64,000 nt of DNA, taken from assembly GCA_964016885.1 (NCBI GenBank), contig OZ024740.1:147250001-147314000 (forward strand), written 5' to 3'. The translations under genes and the position numbers were made by a program. Below are positions 1-11,848 of the stretch, one piece after another (the stretch's first letter is position 1; the number at the start of each line of letters is the position of its first letter). The notes under the pieces are model-generated. The model was not told the DNA's origin. It saw only the letters and a program-made list of their open reading frames with translations, and searched no databases. Source of the DNA: Eledone cirrhosa. Its lineage: Eukaryota.

Positions 1-4
1 TATA

Positions 5-1319
5 CTAGCAGCAGTACCCAGCGTTGCCTGGGTAGGTAAAATAATATCTGCTTTGATGAAAAGGTGTTGATCTTAGCGACTGCTTCTCGATGACTCATAT
101 ATGGCTACACACAGTTGCCCCTGAACTTTAAATGTAGGCATGAAACCGTCTTCCTTAACAATGTTTGCTCCAAACGATGTCATCTGAAAGGCGCTGTTGT
201 ATTTCCGGATATTTTCAAAGTGCTTAGACTCCGCTGTTTCACCTGCCAGATACGTCTTCAATGGCTCAGGTGGATCAAGGAGGAAAGTAAGCTGATCTTT
301 CCATTCGCGCAGCACATCCCAGATGGTTCACCTGGCCACATCATGGCATTGCAGTAGGTGCAAATGGTGGACATATGGCCAATGATCACATCAGCATGGG
401 TGGCATTATTGAAGGTAAGGCTATATTCAAACGCCTTAAGTAGCCATCGCGAACTGGAAGGCCTTGAAAGACCATTTCTGGAAAAGCTTCTTTGAAGATT
501 ACTCTACAACCGATCACGCCTTTCGGATGATGTCTCCGTAGCCCGTGCAGTGGCCGTCGACATTGCGTTTCTTCTTTGTCTGCGAACGCGCTGACCCTCA
601 TTTTCAGAAACTCGTGCACTAGCCGTCGATATTGCGTTTTTTCTTTGTCTGCGAATGCGTTGAACCTCATTTTCAGATGCTCGTGCAGTGGCCGTCGACA
701 TTGCGTTTCTTCTTTGTCTGCGAACGCGCTGATCCTCATTTTCAGAAACTCGTGCACTGGCCGTCGACATTGCGTTTCTTCTTTGTCTACGAACGCGCTG
801 ATTTTCAGAAGCTTGTGCACTGGCCTTCGACACAGCATCTCTTGTCTGTCTGCGGACGCGCCGATCCTCCGTTTCAGCAGCACGTGCAGCGGCCGTGGAC
901 ATTGCGTTTCTAGTTCGTCTTATTTCGGCATTTTGTAGTGGCTCACTTGCTCGTCTATTTGTCATACTTCTGCCTCGCGCCGTTTTCCGACCAATTTTGT
1001 TACTCTTCTTCGGAGTCATTATCTAAAGAGTAGTTTAAGCATATCTGGAATAGCACCCATGAAAGAGATTAATGCAGAGAACAGTATAGCCGGATTGTAC
1101 AAAGTAGCCATTTATTGCAGACTTAAAAAGTTAAAGAATTATCGTTGACACCCGGTTGTATTAGAGGTCAATAGTGTGAACTGAGATTAACGGAGTCCAA
1201 GTAGGAATAAAACCTGGTTGGAAATTCATGTGTTGGCGAGTTTCTTGAAAATCGGTCGTAAGGTGTAGCAAATGGCGAAATGTTGAGTGAAATCGTATAT
1301 AATTTTATATATATACAGA
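5..1319 (-). mobile_element. Internally deleted Helitron (non-autonomous derivative retaining the 5' part of the RepHel ORF)
   Basis: On the minus strand the 5' end reads TCTGTATATATATAAAATT (1319 down). The 3' end has a GC-rich hairpin TACCCAGGC-AAC-GCTGGGTA (34-15) followed by CTAG (8-5). It is inserted between A and T with no TSD, and the internal coding relic carries Helitron motifs. Confidence 0.85.
100..1019 (-). pseudogene. Helitron RepHel N-terminal region, frameshifted and truncated: 23-aa STPR-like repeats, Cys-rich motif and YNSAFQMTSFGA...PTFKVQGQ block
   Basis: ORF 504..1019 has repeats such as ENEDQRVRRQRRNAMSTATARAS and ends in ETSSERRDRL. Downstream frames give C-x2-C...PGEPSGMCC and NIRKYNSAFQMTSFGA...FKVQGQ, typical of the animal Helitron region upstream of the Rep domain. 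Rep and helicase domains are absent. Confidence 0.8.
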
Positions 1320-1355
1320 TATATATAAAATAGAGAGAAATATTATATATATATA

Positions 1356-1357
<2 letters not shown>

Positions 1358-1448
<91 letters not shown>
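1358..1448. repeat. (GA)n microsatellite
   Basis: Direct reading. Confidence 0.95.
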
Positions 1449-1451
<3 letters not shown>

Positions 1452-1859
1452 AACATACAGATCGATGTAGGGGAGATATTAAGTGATGTCGTCTGCTGAG
1501 TTAACGGTGAAAATTTATATGGATTGACGATTTCTCCTACATTCGTTCTTTTTCATTAGTAGTGTCTCATGATAGAATGGTGTTGATGTTTCTTAAGATG
1601 ATTTTACTTAAATATTTTGTTCAATGTATTTTTAGCTGGTAGAGCGACCAAGAAGTCATTTGTCATTGTGTGGCAATTGTTTTAACCGATTAGAGTAACT
1701 ATCAACGGGAAATAATTCCTTCTGTCCCGCTTCTTATGTATCAAGATTTACTTCCCTTTAATTTGTTTTAACTAAGATTTTGTGTATTTGGTTGACTTAT
1801 TTTTTAATATTTAATGACCCCGGAATAAAAAAAAAACCATACGCTGATATATAGAAAAC

Positions 1860-1978
1860 ACTCCCCGATGACTAATCTATGAGCCTGTAAAGTTTCATGA
1901 AAATCGGTCGTAAGGTGTAGGCCCCTATAGGTAATACACAGACACACACACACATACTTAATTTTATATATATACAGA
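1860..1978 (-). mobile_element. Second Helitron-type 5' terminus
   Basis: On the minus strand it reads TCTGTATATATATAAAATT. It shares the 21-mer AAAATCGGTCGTAAGGTGTAG (1900-1920) with the first element (1248-1268). Confidence 0.6.
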
Positions 1979-2092
1979 TATCACCAATCACAAATCTCTG
2001 CCTTGACCGCTGGCCACGTGATGGTTCTTAGCCATTTTGAATTCATTTATGGCGGGGGTCATGGTAGAAAAAACTTAATCCAGTCTGAGGTA

Positions 2093-2175
2093 TCTCCTGA
2101 AGAGTTCCAAGCCTCGTAGATGAATCCAAGATCAGATGTATCCAAAAAGTGGAACGAAACCATCGATGGTCGGGA
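2093..2175 (+). ncRNA. Type I hammerhead ribozyme, apparently intact (Penelope/retrozyme-type)
   Basis: TCTC-CTGAAGA(2097-2103)-GTTCCA..40-nt loop..TGGAAC-GAA-ACCATCGATGGT(palindromic stem III)-C2171-GGGA. All core nucleotides are present, with a GUC cleavage triplet. Confidence 0.85.
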
Positions 2176-2633
2176 CTAGAGGAATTTTGGTAAAGTTTAT
2201 ATACATTTTTTCTTCAAATTTCCATTTTGTACCTAACTCCGTGTTGTTAATTATCTGTTTAGTCAATTTCTACGGGCTAAAAGAAATAATTAAATAAATG
2301 TCATATGACTGTGCATAACGGAAGATAGCCTGTATCATTTGTCTATTATTTCTTCATAATTACATTTTAAACTTATGGCCACGTTTAAATGATTTTTTAT
2401 GTGGTTAATTTATACGGCATGGGAGAAGAAATATTGTATATATCTTATCTAATAGTTCTTCAGACTTTCATTTATAAATATACACGGGTGTGTATGATTG
2501 TGTATAGAAGATTATATTAATAAAAGGAATTCCAACTTTGTCTGATTTACTCGTTTTATTTACAATCCTTTCAAATTTATAATGGTATTAGAATGAAATA
2601 GTATGGTAGAATATTAAATGTTAAGTGTTAATT

Positions 2634-2670
2634 GAACAAGTACTTTCATGCTTTCGCAAACTTCAGGTTC
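2634..2670 (-). ncRNA. Degenerate minimal hammerhead ribozyme
   Basis: Minus strand GAAC-CTGAAGT-TTGC GAAA GCAT-GAA-AGTACT-T-GTTC. Stems I and III are intact, A9 is mutated. Confidence 0.55.
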
Positions 2671-2706
2671 ATAATGTGTGGTGACAGTCAAGTTTGCAAT
2701 TTTCAA

Positions 2707-2763
<57 letters not shown>

Positions 2764-3253
2764 ATATATATATAGTGAGAAGTGCGCTAGTAGTCGACGT
2801 GTATGGTAAAATTATATCTGTATAAATACAGAGTGTGTAACCGAAACTGCTGCAACGTGTATGTATATATACACATATCTAATATGTAGACATGAAACAT
2901 ACCAGAAAATAGGAATTTCCATGTGAATTGAAAAAAATTATAAACATCTTGAATCGTTTTTTAGATCTCATTATACCCGCATAAGATGTGTATATTATCA
3001 AATCGACCACAAGTAAACATATATACTCATTAAATACGTGTTTCCTTCTGGTTGATGGGATGATATACACGTCTTCTGACGAGAGTCTAATTAGATAAGA
3101 GATGTGATTAAAGATGTATATAATTTTCTCCATTTTCAATGATATTCGTATTTTCTGGCATATATGCCATGTCTACATATTAGATATCTGTATATATTCT
3201 TGCATGTTGTTGCAGTCTCCGTTACACACTCTGTATGGATACAGATATAACTT

Positions 3254-3327
<74 letters not shown>

Positions 3328-3367
3328 ACAGGAAGCTGGACTGGTGTAATTCCTTAAAAGGTTTATT

Positions 3368-3425
3368 ATACTATGATCATTTCAGTGACCGGGTTCAGTA
3401 TGAATCCGGTGACATCATCAGGTAT
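3368..3425 (-). ncRNA. Type I hammerhead ribozyme
   Basis: Minus strand ATAC-CTGATGA-TGTCACCGGA TTCATACTGAA CCCGGTCACT-GAA-ATGATCAT-A-GTAT. The core is intact, stem III is palindromic, and stem II is long with a few mismatches. Confidence 0.75.
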
Positions 3426-4150
3426 TCGAAATATAACAAAGAAATATTAGTAGACAAAATCCATGGGGTTGAAAAGCAGAGACATGAGGGCGGCCGAACA
3501 TTTACCAGTTTCTAGCCCGGTCACCCGCCCTCAAGTGATGATTATTAAGTCTTCTTATGTCCTTCTGGTGAAGGGGCGTAGGCGTATAGTGTACTACTAC
3601 CACTCTGTCATAGACAGAGGCCAGCGGTGAGATCAGGTTACATTCAAGCTGGTCGGGAGTGTTAGAAAGTGCCGCGAAAAATATTTTTTCAAAAAACATG
3701 TATCTTTAACAAAGCTATATATAGGGCGTCTGCACAGTATATTGTATGGTCAGAAATTACGATTAATTAAAAACGTTAAATTTAGAGTTAAAAGATGCCA
3801 TTTTAAGATGAAATTAGAAAAGTAAGATTTAGGTTTAAAGTTGGGAGATTTAGGTAAAGAATTTACAGAGGAGGCTTTTATGAAAAAGTTTCAGGGTAAT
3901 ACGTCGAGTACTCTCCATAATATTACATCGAGGTTGACCATACGGAATGACCAGTTCTATCCAGTGGTGAACCAACAAATATTGTTATAATATTGCCAGA
4001 AATAATAACTGAACACACTCACTCTTTGGTTTGGATTGGTTTTTGCTTCTGCATCTTTTATATCTCCATAGTTAATTTATCTGGCAGTCAATGTTTATCA
4101 TTGGTTGACCAACGGTTAAAAATACAGATATAAATATATATATATAGTCT

Positions 4151-4191
4151 ATCAAAGTTCTTTCGTCACACATCTGTGACATCATCAGTGG
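4151..4191 (-). ncRNA. Hammerhead-like motif with an extra nucleotide after A9 (same family as 15441-15486)
   Basis: Minus strand CCA-CTGATGA-T-GTCAC AGATGT GTGAC-GAAA-GAAC-TT-TGAT. Confidence 0.55.
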
Positions 4192-4240
4192 TACTATTAT
4201 GTTTCCTCCTGTTGTATCGTAATGTCTACGTCATTTTTAT

Positions 4241-4279
<39 letters not shown>

Positions 4280-4353
4280 TAAAAGAAACAAAACAAAACA
4301 CAAGAGGCAAAATTACAGTTATATTGGTTCATGCTTGGAGGAAGTGGAAGAGG

Positions 4354-4389
4354 TTTCAACGTTTCGGACAGAAGACTTTCTTCAGGAAA
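4354..4389 (-). ncRNA. Minimal hammerhead ribozyme relic (Penelope pLTR-like)
   Basis: Minus strand TTTC-CTGAAGA-AAGTCTTCTGTCC-GAA-ACGT-T-GAAA. Stems I and III are intact, stem II is decayed. Confidence 0.55.
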
Positions 4390-5033
4390 GTTCAGATAAG
4401 GAGAGAACAGATAGACATATGACTAGTGTGAGAAGGTTAGGAAAGGAAGTTAAAAAGTGATAAAGGGAGGTGGGTTAAAGATCCGACCTGGGAGACAAGG
4501 TGGGGGTATGGGATGGCATTGGGATAGTTGTGCGTCGAAGGGAAGAAATTGGTAGATGTGCGTGGCTTCAGTCTGTGTGTGGGGCCACGTGGGGGTGTAG
4601 TTTGCGCACTAGTATGTGTGTGTGTATGCCTGTGAGGTTTTATTTTTTTTTGTGTATCGTGTGAGTGTGTGTGTGGGGGGGGGGGCTTTTTCTGTAGTTT
4701 ATATATATATGAGTGTGTACGATTATGTGTCTGTGTATTATCACATGTGTGTTGAAAGAGTGTCTACACGCGGGTGTGTATAGGTGATTTTTATAACTAT
4801 TTCTATGTATGTGAGTGTGTAGGTATGCGTGTGTTAGTGGCTGTGTATTATCTGAAGAGGGAAAATTTTATGTGTGTGTTTATATTTTATTGATCTCTTT
4901 AAAGAAAAAATAAACTCTGTTACAGGACACATTTCTATAAATAAACACCCACATATATACATATGGCATAAAACCTATTGAAAATAACATCAAATCTCCC
5001 TCAAACCACACAGTGTTATAAAATTATGGGAAG

Positions 5034-5089
<56 letters not shown>

Positions 5090-6360
5090 AAACGACAAAA
5101 CAGAGATACAAAAAAACCTTATTAGTTTCAAACTTTATATGGAAAAGGGGGAAAGAAAGCTCGACATTGTATGAACAAGACATGGTCACCTTACCTAAAT
5201 GCCACTATATTGAAGGTAGGTGCTAACGAGTGAATGTTGGGTTTTTAATTCATCTCTTCCTTTTTTATTATGAGTTTTTCATTTATTTCAAGGCCGTCTC
5301 TTCTGTATTGAAAACAACTTATTAAATGTAGAGCTCAAAGTACTTATTATGGTCAGATATAAACACACAAAACAAAATAGACACATGTACACACACCTGT
5401 ACTCTGTAAACATATACACACACATTTATACAATAAACATACAAACATACATATAAATATGTGTGTTTGTGTGTTTATTGCTTCGCCAGTAAATGTAGTG
5501 TTTTCAATCAATTTTGTTAATTTTGATAGGAGCATATTTTATTGATCTCTTGAAAGAAAAATTAAACTTTATGTTATTTATATATATATCAACGCACACA
5601 TATATAAACATGACATAAAACCTATTAAAAATAACATCAAATCTCCTTCAAGCAACACAGTTTTATAAAATTATGGGAACACCAGTGAAATACTTTTTTT
5701 CTGGTGTCTTAGGCAATGAAATCTCCATCAAACCATAGATGTATTTAATATGTCAGAAAATAAGAGAAATAGCAAAGAAATATGCGGTTAATCACATATT
5801 TTAATCTTCTTCAAATCTACTTTAAATTTACATATTAATATCTAGACCTGTACTCTACACACTTTAATAAGTATCTCTATAAAATTTCAATAAAAAATAT
5901 GAATTATCATGAAAGTTATGAACAAAATAAGTGATATTACTGCTTTAGAAAATTCAGGTAAATATCAAGATCGAAGGGAGGTAAATATGAAACTTTCAAC
6001 CCCGCCGTCAATATGTGGTCAACAGCAATGCTAGACACGGCAGTCAAACATTGAAATTAATATAAAAGAAAAGGGTAAACATAATAGCCAAATCTCCTTC
6101 AAATCATACAACTTATTATATTTTAGAATGATACAAAGAGAACCCAAATTTCCCTTTTGCTTATATTTATGTTGAACCAAGAAAAAAATATTTCAATATA
6201 TCTTTAAGCAAAATTTGCGACGCAAAACACACACACACACACATATATAGATATACATACATACAGATGTCAACATGAATGGACCTGTTATTTTTATCTA
6301 AAGACATGTTTTCCAATTCCAACCCGCCCGTCCTCTCAATCTATCTTATTTCTCATTCTT

Positions 6361-6397
6361 TCTTCTGATGAAGGACTAGCGCCCGAAACGGTAAGAC
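6361..6397 (+). ncRNA. Degenerate minimal hammerhead motif
   Basis: TCTT-CTGATGA-AGGACTAGCGCCC-GAAA-CG-GTA-AGA; stems are weak. Confidence 0.45.
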
Positions 6398-6481
6398 CCT
6401 CTTCCTGTTATATATAGTTATAACCTAGTATATCCCTTCCATATACTGTACCGATTGTGTTGTTATTTATGTTTACCTTTT

Positions 6482-6555
<74 letters not shown>

Positions 6556-6671
6556 ATATAAACATATATAAATATGACATAAAACTTATTAAAAATAACA
6601 TTTTTGTAAAATACTGGACAATGCTCATAGTAGCATCAATTGTGAATAAACTAATAAATTATCTGGCTTAT

Positions 6672-6760
<89 letters not shown>

Positions 6761-7515
6761 ATAATGAAATTATTGTGTACGGTGCTCAGGTGCACTAAAA
6801 CTCATCAAAAGTGCATGTATAGTACATAGAATAATGTTCAAATGTCAGGAAAATGAACAGTGTACGAGTCATGAAATATATGTGTGTGTGTGTATGGAGG
6901 AGGACATCAGGTGCAATGTTGGCGAATCTCAGGAAGCATAGAGGTTTTAAAGGATGCAGTGTCTCGACAGCTAACAACTGATGCAGGTAGTTTGTTCCAT
7001 GCTTCAGCAACTCTGAGCGTGAAAAAATGGTTTCCGAAAGTCATGGGAACTGTGCTGTTTTCTGACTTTGTGGCCATGCCCACGTGTGTTAGACACATGG
7101 AAATCAAAAAGGTACTCAAGGTTGTTGTTGGCAAGATGGTTAATAATTTTGTGGGTGTATCCATGCCCAGGGAAGCAAGGCGTTCAGAGTATGGTAGATG
7201 CCTGATGGAGGGTATTCGCTTGGTTGCACGTCTCTGAACAGTTTCCAGGGGGTCAATGTTCTGAGCAAGATAGGGGTTCCAGACTGGTGATGCAAATTCT
7301 AAGTGTGGCCGCACCATAGCTATATACAGCTTTAAATAGATAGCTGGAGAGCGGCTGACAAAGGTCTTGCTGAGTGATGCTAAGACACTCGGCTTTCTTG
7401 ACAATTTTAGAGACGTGCTTCGTCCAACGCAAATCCCTGCTGAGAGTAATGTCCAAGTTACGTTTACAAGAAGACTTCTTGATGTTAGTGTTGTTGAGGG
7501 AGTATGTGGACGCTT
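6761..7515 (-). mobile_element. CR1-clade LINE, 5'-truncated 3' fragment
   Basis: ORF 6907..7530 contains LYIAMVRPHLEFASPVWNPY...LETVQRRATKRIP and FFTLRVAEAWNKLP. The 3' UTR ends in AATAATTTCATTAT, and it is nearly identical to 18196-19461. Confidence 0.9.
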
Positions 7516-7933
7516 AATGGTCATGGTCATGGTTAGGGTTTATGGTTAGCATTAGTGATTTTGGGGTTAGAACTTAGGGGTTAGCTGTTAAGTTTAAAGT
7601 CAATATTTAGTGCTAGGCTTTTGTGCTCCACCTTCTATAAAGAAAATAGTATTTTTATAGACTAAATTTAATTTAATGTGTCTGCATTTATATAGAAGTT
7701 TGTGTTAAGAGTGTAGAACAATCACTTGTATGTTTTCCGCTTCATTAATTAATAGTTATATACCTTTCATTAGAATTTTGGTTAATCTTCTGTATGTGTA
7801 CAAAACTGTTTTAAAAATCATACAAATTAACGTTTAAAGGGAGATTACTAATATAGTTTTACAGCTGTAAGCTTTTAGAGTTATCTTACTTGCTTGTGGA
7901 GTATATAGATATGGAACATATTTCTTGATACTA

Positions 7934-8090
7934 CAGTATCGGTAGCGCGTCAGACACCATGCTTTGCAGAATAGAGTTATGGCCCTTTACGTTCTGAGTT
8001 CAAATAACTTTGTCTTTCATCCTTACGGGGTCGATAGAATAAAGCACTGGGTAATTGCTGGCCTTGTGCCAAAAGTAGAAACAATTATTA
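7934..8090 (+). mobile_element. tRNA-derived SINE (octopus-type family with GCCTTTCATCCTTACGGGGTCGATAAAATAAAGTACC core)
   Basis: Box B-like GAGTTCAAAT, conserved core, tail GGCCTTGTGCCAAAAGTAGAAACAATTATT. More than a dozen copies occur in the window. Confidence 0.75.
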
Positions 8091-8499
8091 AATTTAATTA
8101 AAAAATTAATGTTAGATTTGAGACAAAATTTATTTGATGCAATGGGCAATTATATATTTTATGCTTAGTGCTAGGGTATCGGGGGAATTTAGAGCTTAGG
8201 GATGCTGGTTTAGTCTTAATGTTCATGAAAGGTTAGCATTGGAGTTTGTTGGGATATGAATTTAGGGTTAGCAATTACGTTCAGTCAATATTTACTGCTG
8301 GGCCTTAGTGCTCCGCCTCCCATTATAAATATGGTATTTTTATAAACAAAGTTTAACTTAATCCGTTTGCATGTATACAGAACCTGGTGTTAAGACTATG
8401 GCAATTAATAACTTTTCTGCTGCATTAGTTAGTAGTTATATCCCTTTTATTAAGATTATGGGGTTATGATTGGTTATTGCTAGAATATCGAAGGGTTTT

Positions 8500-8850
8500 A
8501 ATGCGGGCTTAGGTCTGCACCGCGCGAAGAACAAACATTGCAAACATCTTCCTTGTCACATTTACGGACGATTGCGTAGTCTAGCAGGTGTCATTGCTTA
8601 GATCCTGGATGCATCCATGTTGTTACACGGTCGCCTTTTTGTTGGAATTGTGTGCTGGAAACAAACAGCTTACATTCGATTCTCAATTCGAGCAGGAGAA
8701 AACCGTTGTCATTTACCTTACCCATACGAAATCGTCCGGGGCTACTCCATGTCTCCTAATCCTTGCCAACTCTGGCATTGAAGTCACCAAGAAGGATAAT
8801 CTTGTCTGATTTGGGAATAGATCGCAGTAAATTTCGGCGATCTTGGTAAA
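8500..8850 (-). mobile_element. RTE-type LINE apurinic endonuclease fragment
   Basis: Minus frames read SIPKSDKIILLGDFNARVGKD and G-K-x-N-D-N-G-x-L-L-L. Confidence 0.65.
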
Positions 8851-10129
8851 ACTGGTTCTTGTCATCCTCTGTGTGTATTTGTGTGTGTATGTATGCGCAT
8901 GTGTCTGTAATACTGACATGCTTTCTTTTTTTAGAATCCATTGGTGGGGAAATTACTGTAATTCGTTGACTAGGATTTTTAGTTCTAGGCTAGCTACACG
9001 CACTTTTTACTCTTATGACATATGGACGGGTACAGCGTACCAAGATTTGTTAAAGTTTTACAAATGCTGTTGTACTATAGCAAAATAATATTATAGATAG
9101 ATTATGTCTTCGATTTCATTTCAATATTAACTTCTTGATATAAAGACAAAAATAATAGATAGCAGCTGTAAAGGTAAAAGACCTGGCAAGTGTATAATAA
9201 AGAACGTAGTAATCAAAGATGTTTTCTCCGAATATTGCATCTTCAGTCCTACTTATATGGACTTTACACCCTTTGAAGGTTTCCAAACAAATACAATTTG
9301 AAAATAGATTATGAAATTTATGGTTCTTTATAAACTTCCAGCGGTGCCAAAATCCTGAAAATAACGCTGAAATTTCGAGAGGCACAGCTAGTAAACACGA
9401 ACTAGTGCCAAGCTGTATCGGCTTTTGCCTATCCCTTAGACAATATCGGTAATGTGTAGAGAAGCAACTGGCATGCATGGGTGACTGCTGGTTTTCCACA
9501 AAACACCTTAACTAGGCTTGCACCTTGGGAAGGAAGTTTTCAGGTGCAAACCCTTGGTTAATCATGACCAAACGAGTCTATTATATTTACTCTACTGTCT
9601 TATATACATTTTGTACAAATTTGTTCAACATTCCTTTTTTTTTTCTTTAAATAAATTCTAGTTCTTTTATTTTGATCTATTATTCGTAACACCTCATGTG
9701 AGCATGTATAAAACCATACACAACTCATACAAAAATCATATATATTTGGCATTGATTACTAAAATATTTAATGAGCATTTTGAAATGGAGCCTACATTAC
9801 ACATTGGGTTTGGTCCTACTACGGACCTGTCACCTCTCCCCATCGGACGGGGAGATCTCCCACCCACTTGGGGCGAGAAGAAATGTCTTCTCTTGTGAAA
9901 ATAAGTATATCTTTCATTATGTAAAATCTCCCCATTTCTGCCTCATTTCCCCCCGTTTTGAGGCACTTTTTTTCATGGTACGCCCCGTTTGGTTTTTTAG
10001 ATGTTGGCAGGTCTGCTACTAACAGCTATGCCTGGATGTGGTGGATTAGATTTATTTCTTATTCGCTACTGAAAGCACATAAAACTGGAGTTGAGTGCCG
10101 CCAGCCCAATGAACCATGTGTTCTACAAA

Positions 10130-10260
10130 TCACCACCACCACCACCACCACTAACAACAGCAGTAGCAGCAGCAGTAGCGGCAGCAGCAGTAGTAGCAGC
10201 AGCAGTAGAAGTAGCAGCAGCAGTAGTAGCAGCAGTAGCAGTAGTAACAGTAGCAGCAGC
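10130..10260. repeat. (CAC)n / (CAG,TAG)n trinucleotide microsatellite
   Basis: Direct reading; it accounts for the poly-S/L/A ORFs. Confidence 0.9.
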
Positions 10261-11289
10261 TTCACAACTAAACTACTTTTACATATTAAACAACTGACAT
10301 CAACATTCCCACATACCACACCAAACTGACTAATATAAATTATGTCAACTCCTTAGTCCAGACAATTTTTTTTATCAGGAACCACCACCACTTCCAGAAC
10401 CGCCATTTCCAATAATGATATAGTTGGAATTACTTATTAAACATGCTTGTTATCCATAATGCAATTATTTAGCAGAGTGTCATACAATTATGTAGACTAT
10501 GAACTACCCCTAATTGCTTTTAATGAAATCTAACCCTTTAATATTCTCTCAGAAAACACCACATATTTCATCACCATTGACAAATTCCAGCTGGCATCAA
10601 CCCAGATCACTACCAGGTTCATGGCATGTACTTTTAATAAATATTCTTATTGATAATTTATAGACGAGGGCTGACGTTTTCAACCACGTAGCGACGGCGG
10701 CACACTTCTGTGTCGAGGTCTGCAGGTGTACAGATTTTGAGGCGAGCGGGAAAATTATAGGATGTTTCAAAAACTCGAGTGTTTTCTGCAAGAGTATTCT
10801 TTAACGTGAAACAGTATATGATACACTGGTGCCCTTTGAGTTACAGGTACAATTCATACAACGTGCCGTCGGGGGTCGAACTTGAGCTGAACACTCTAAT
10901 TACTAAGCCACCAATTTTCACATAAGGGGTGTAATTACAAAAACAAAACAGAAAGAAGAAAGGGAAAAAAAAGAAAATACCCCATGCTTATAAGAACAAC
11001 AGGTGAAATAGATTTGTTGCGGTGGCCAAGTCACAGAAGTGTCACAAACAATGTTTGAATCTTCAAGATAGACAATACTATTATGTAATAAAAGAAATTG
11101 AACATAACACTCTTTGTGTGTATTCTCAAATATTTAGAATTACTTTTACACACACATATACACACACATATATATCGTAAGTTAATCGAGAGTTAAAAGT
11201 TTCAACAGACGTATTTTTTTGAGTTTGTAAAATAGTCTATCAAAATGGGCATAAATGCCCCTTGTTGGAAAAACGTTGACGTCACCCGT

Positions 11290-11640
11290 GGGACTTGATT
11301 TTTCCAGGACTTTCCATTTAACGGAGAATTCAATACCTGCATCCTTAAAGAACTAGATATGACTTGCCAGCTTCCTAACTGTTCGTTTATCTAGGTGTGT
11401 GAAAGTCATTTCATAGTTTAGGATGCGACTTTTGAAGCGACAACCCAACATACCCACATACGCCCTTGCGTTTGTTGGTGATCTGGTCTTTTATGGTTTT
11501 CGCAAAAGAGTAACCGAATTTTACTGTACATCGGTTAAAAATTGGTCTATACCAGGTGTGTGCAACATATTTCATTGGCGGACCTCTTTTGAACATTGGA
11601 ACAACTATTAGGGCCATTAATATTTATTAAGCACTATTCC
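11290..11640 (-). pseudogene. Decayed Penelope-like GIY-YIG endonuclease coding region
   Basis: Minus-strand frames give ...RC...GYVGLS...DFH...RKLASHI*FFKDAGIEFSVKWKVLEKSSP. This resembles the PLE GIY-YIG C-terminal pattern YxGxT...LSxHIWxLK...I-x-W-x-I-L. Confidence 0.5.
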
Positions 11641-11799
11641 AAAGATTCACCACAACTTCTTTCCATAACATGGAACTGGAAAGTTATAACACACATAACC
11701 CTATCAGTGAAGCCCTTTAGTATAGGTCAACTAACAGAAAATTGTATTATGGTTACGAAAAAGTTCTAAATAAGTCTACAAGTTAAAAATTAAAAACGG

Positions 11800-11848
11800 T
11801 CATCGCGGGTCGGATTGTAACTCGCGGGCCGCCTGTTGCACGCCCCTG
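11800..11848. mobile_element. hAT-type MITE terminal fragment
   Basis: CGCGGGTCGGATTGTAACTCGCGGGCCGCCTGTTGCACGCCCCTG ends in the reverse complement of CAGGGG, as in hAT-type TIRs. Confidence 0.45.

Noticed and set aside
386-938. Overlapping ORFs 386..883(-), 576..938(+) and 632..913(+)
   Set aside because: Alternative-frame and antisense shadows of the 69-bp Helitron repeats.
7520-8470. TTAGGG-like telomeric motifs and a diverged direct repeat (about 7540-7790 versus 8230-8470)
   Set aside because: Only scattered degenerate units, not a telomeric array; most likely old repeat fragments.
10059-10329. Poly-Leu/Ser/Ala ORFs
   Set aside because: Translations of a trinucleotide microsatellite.
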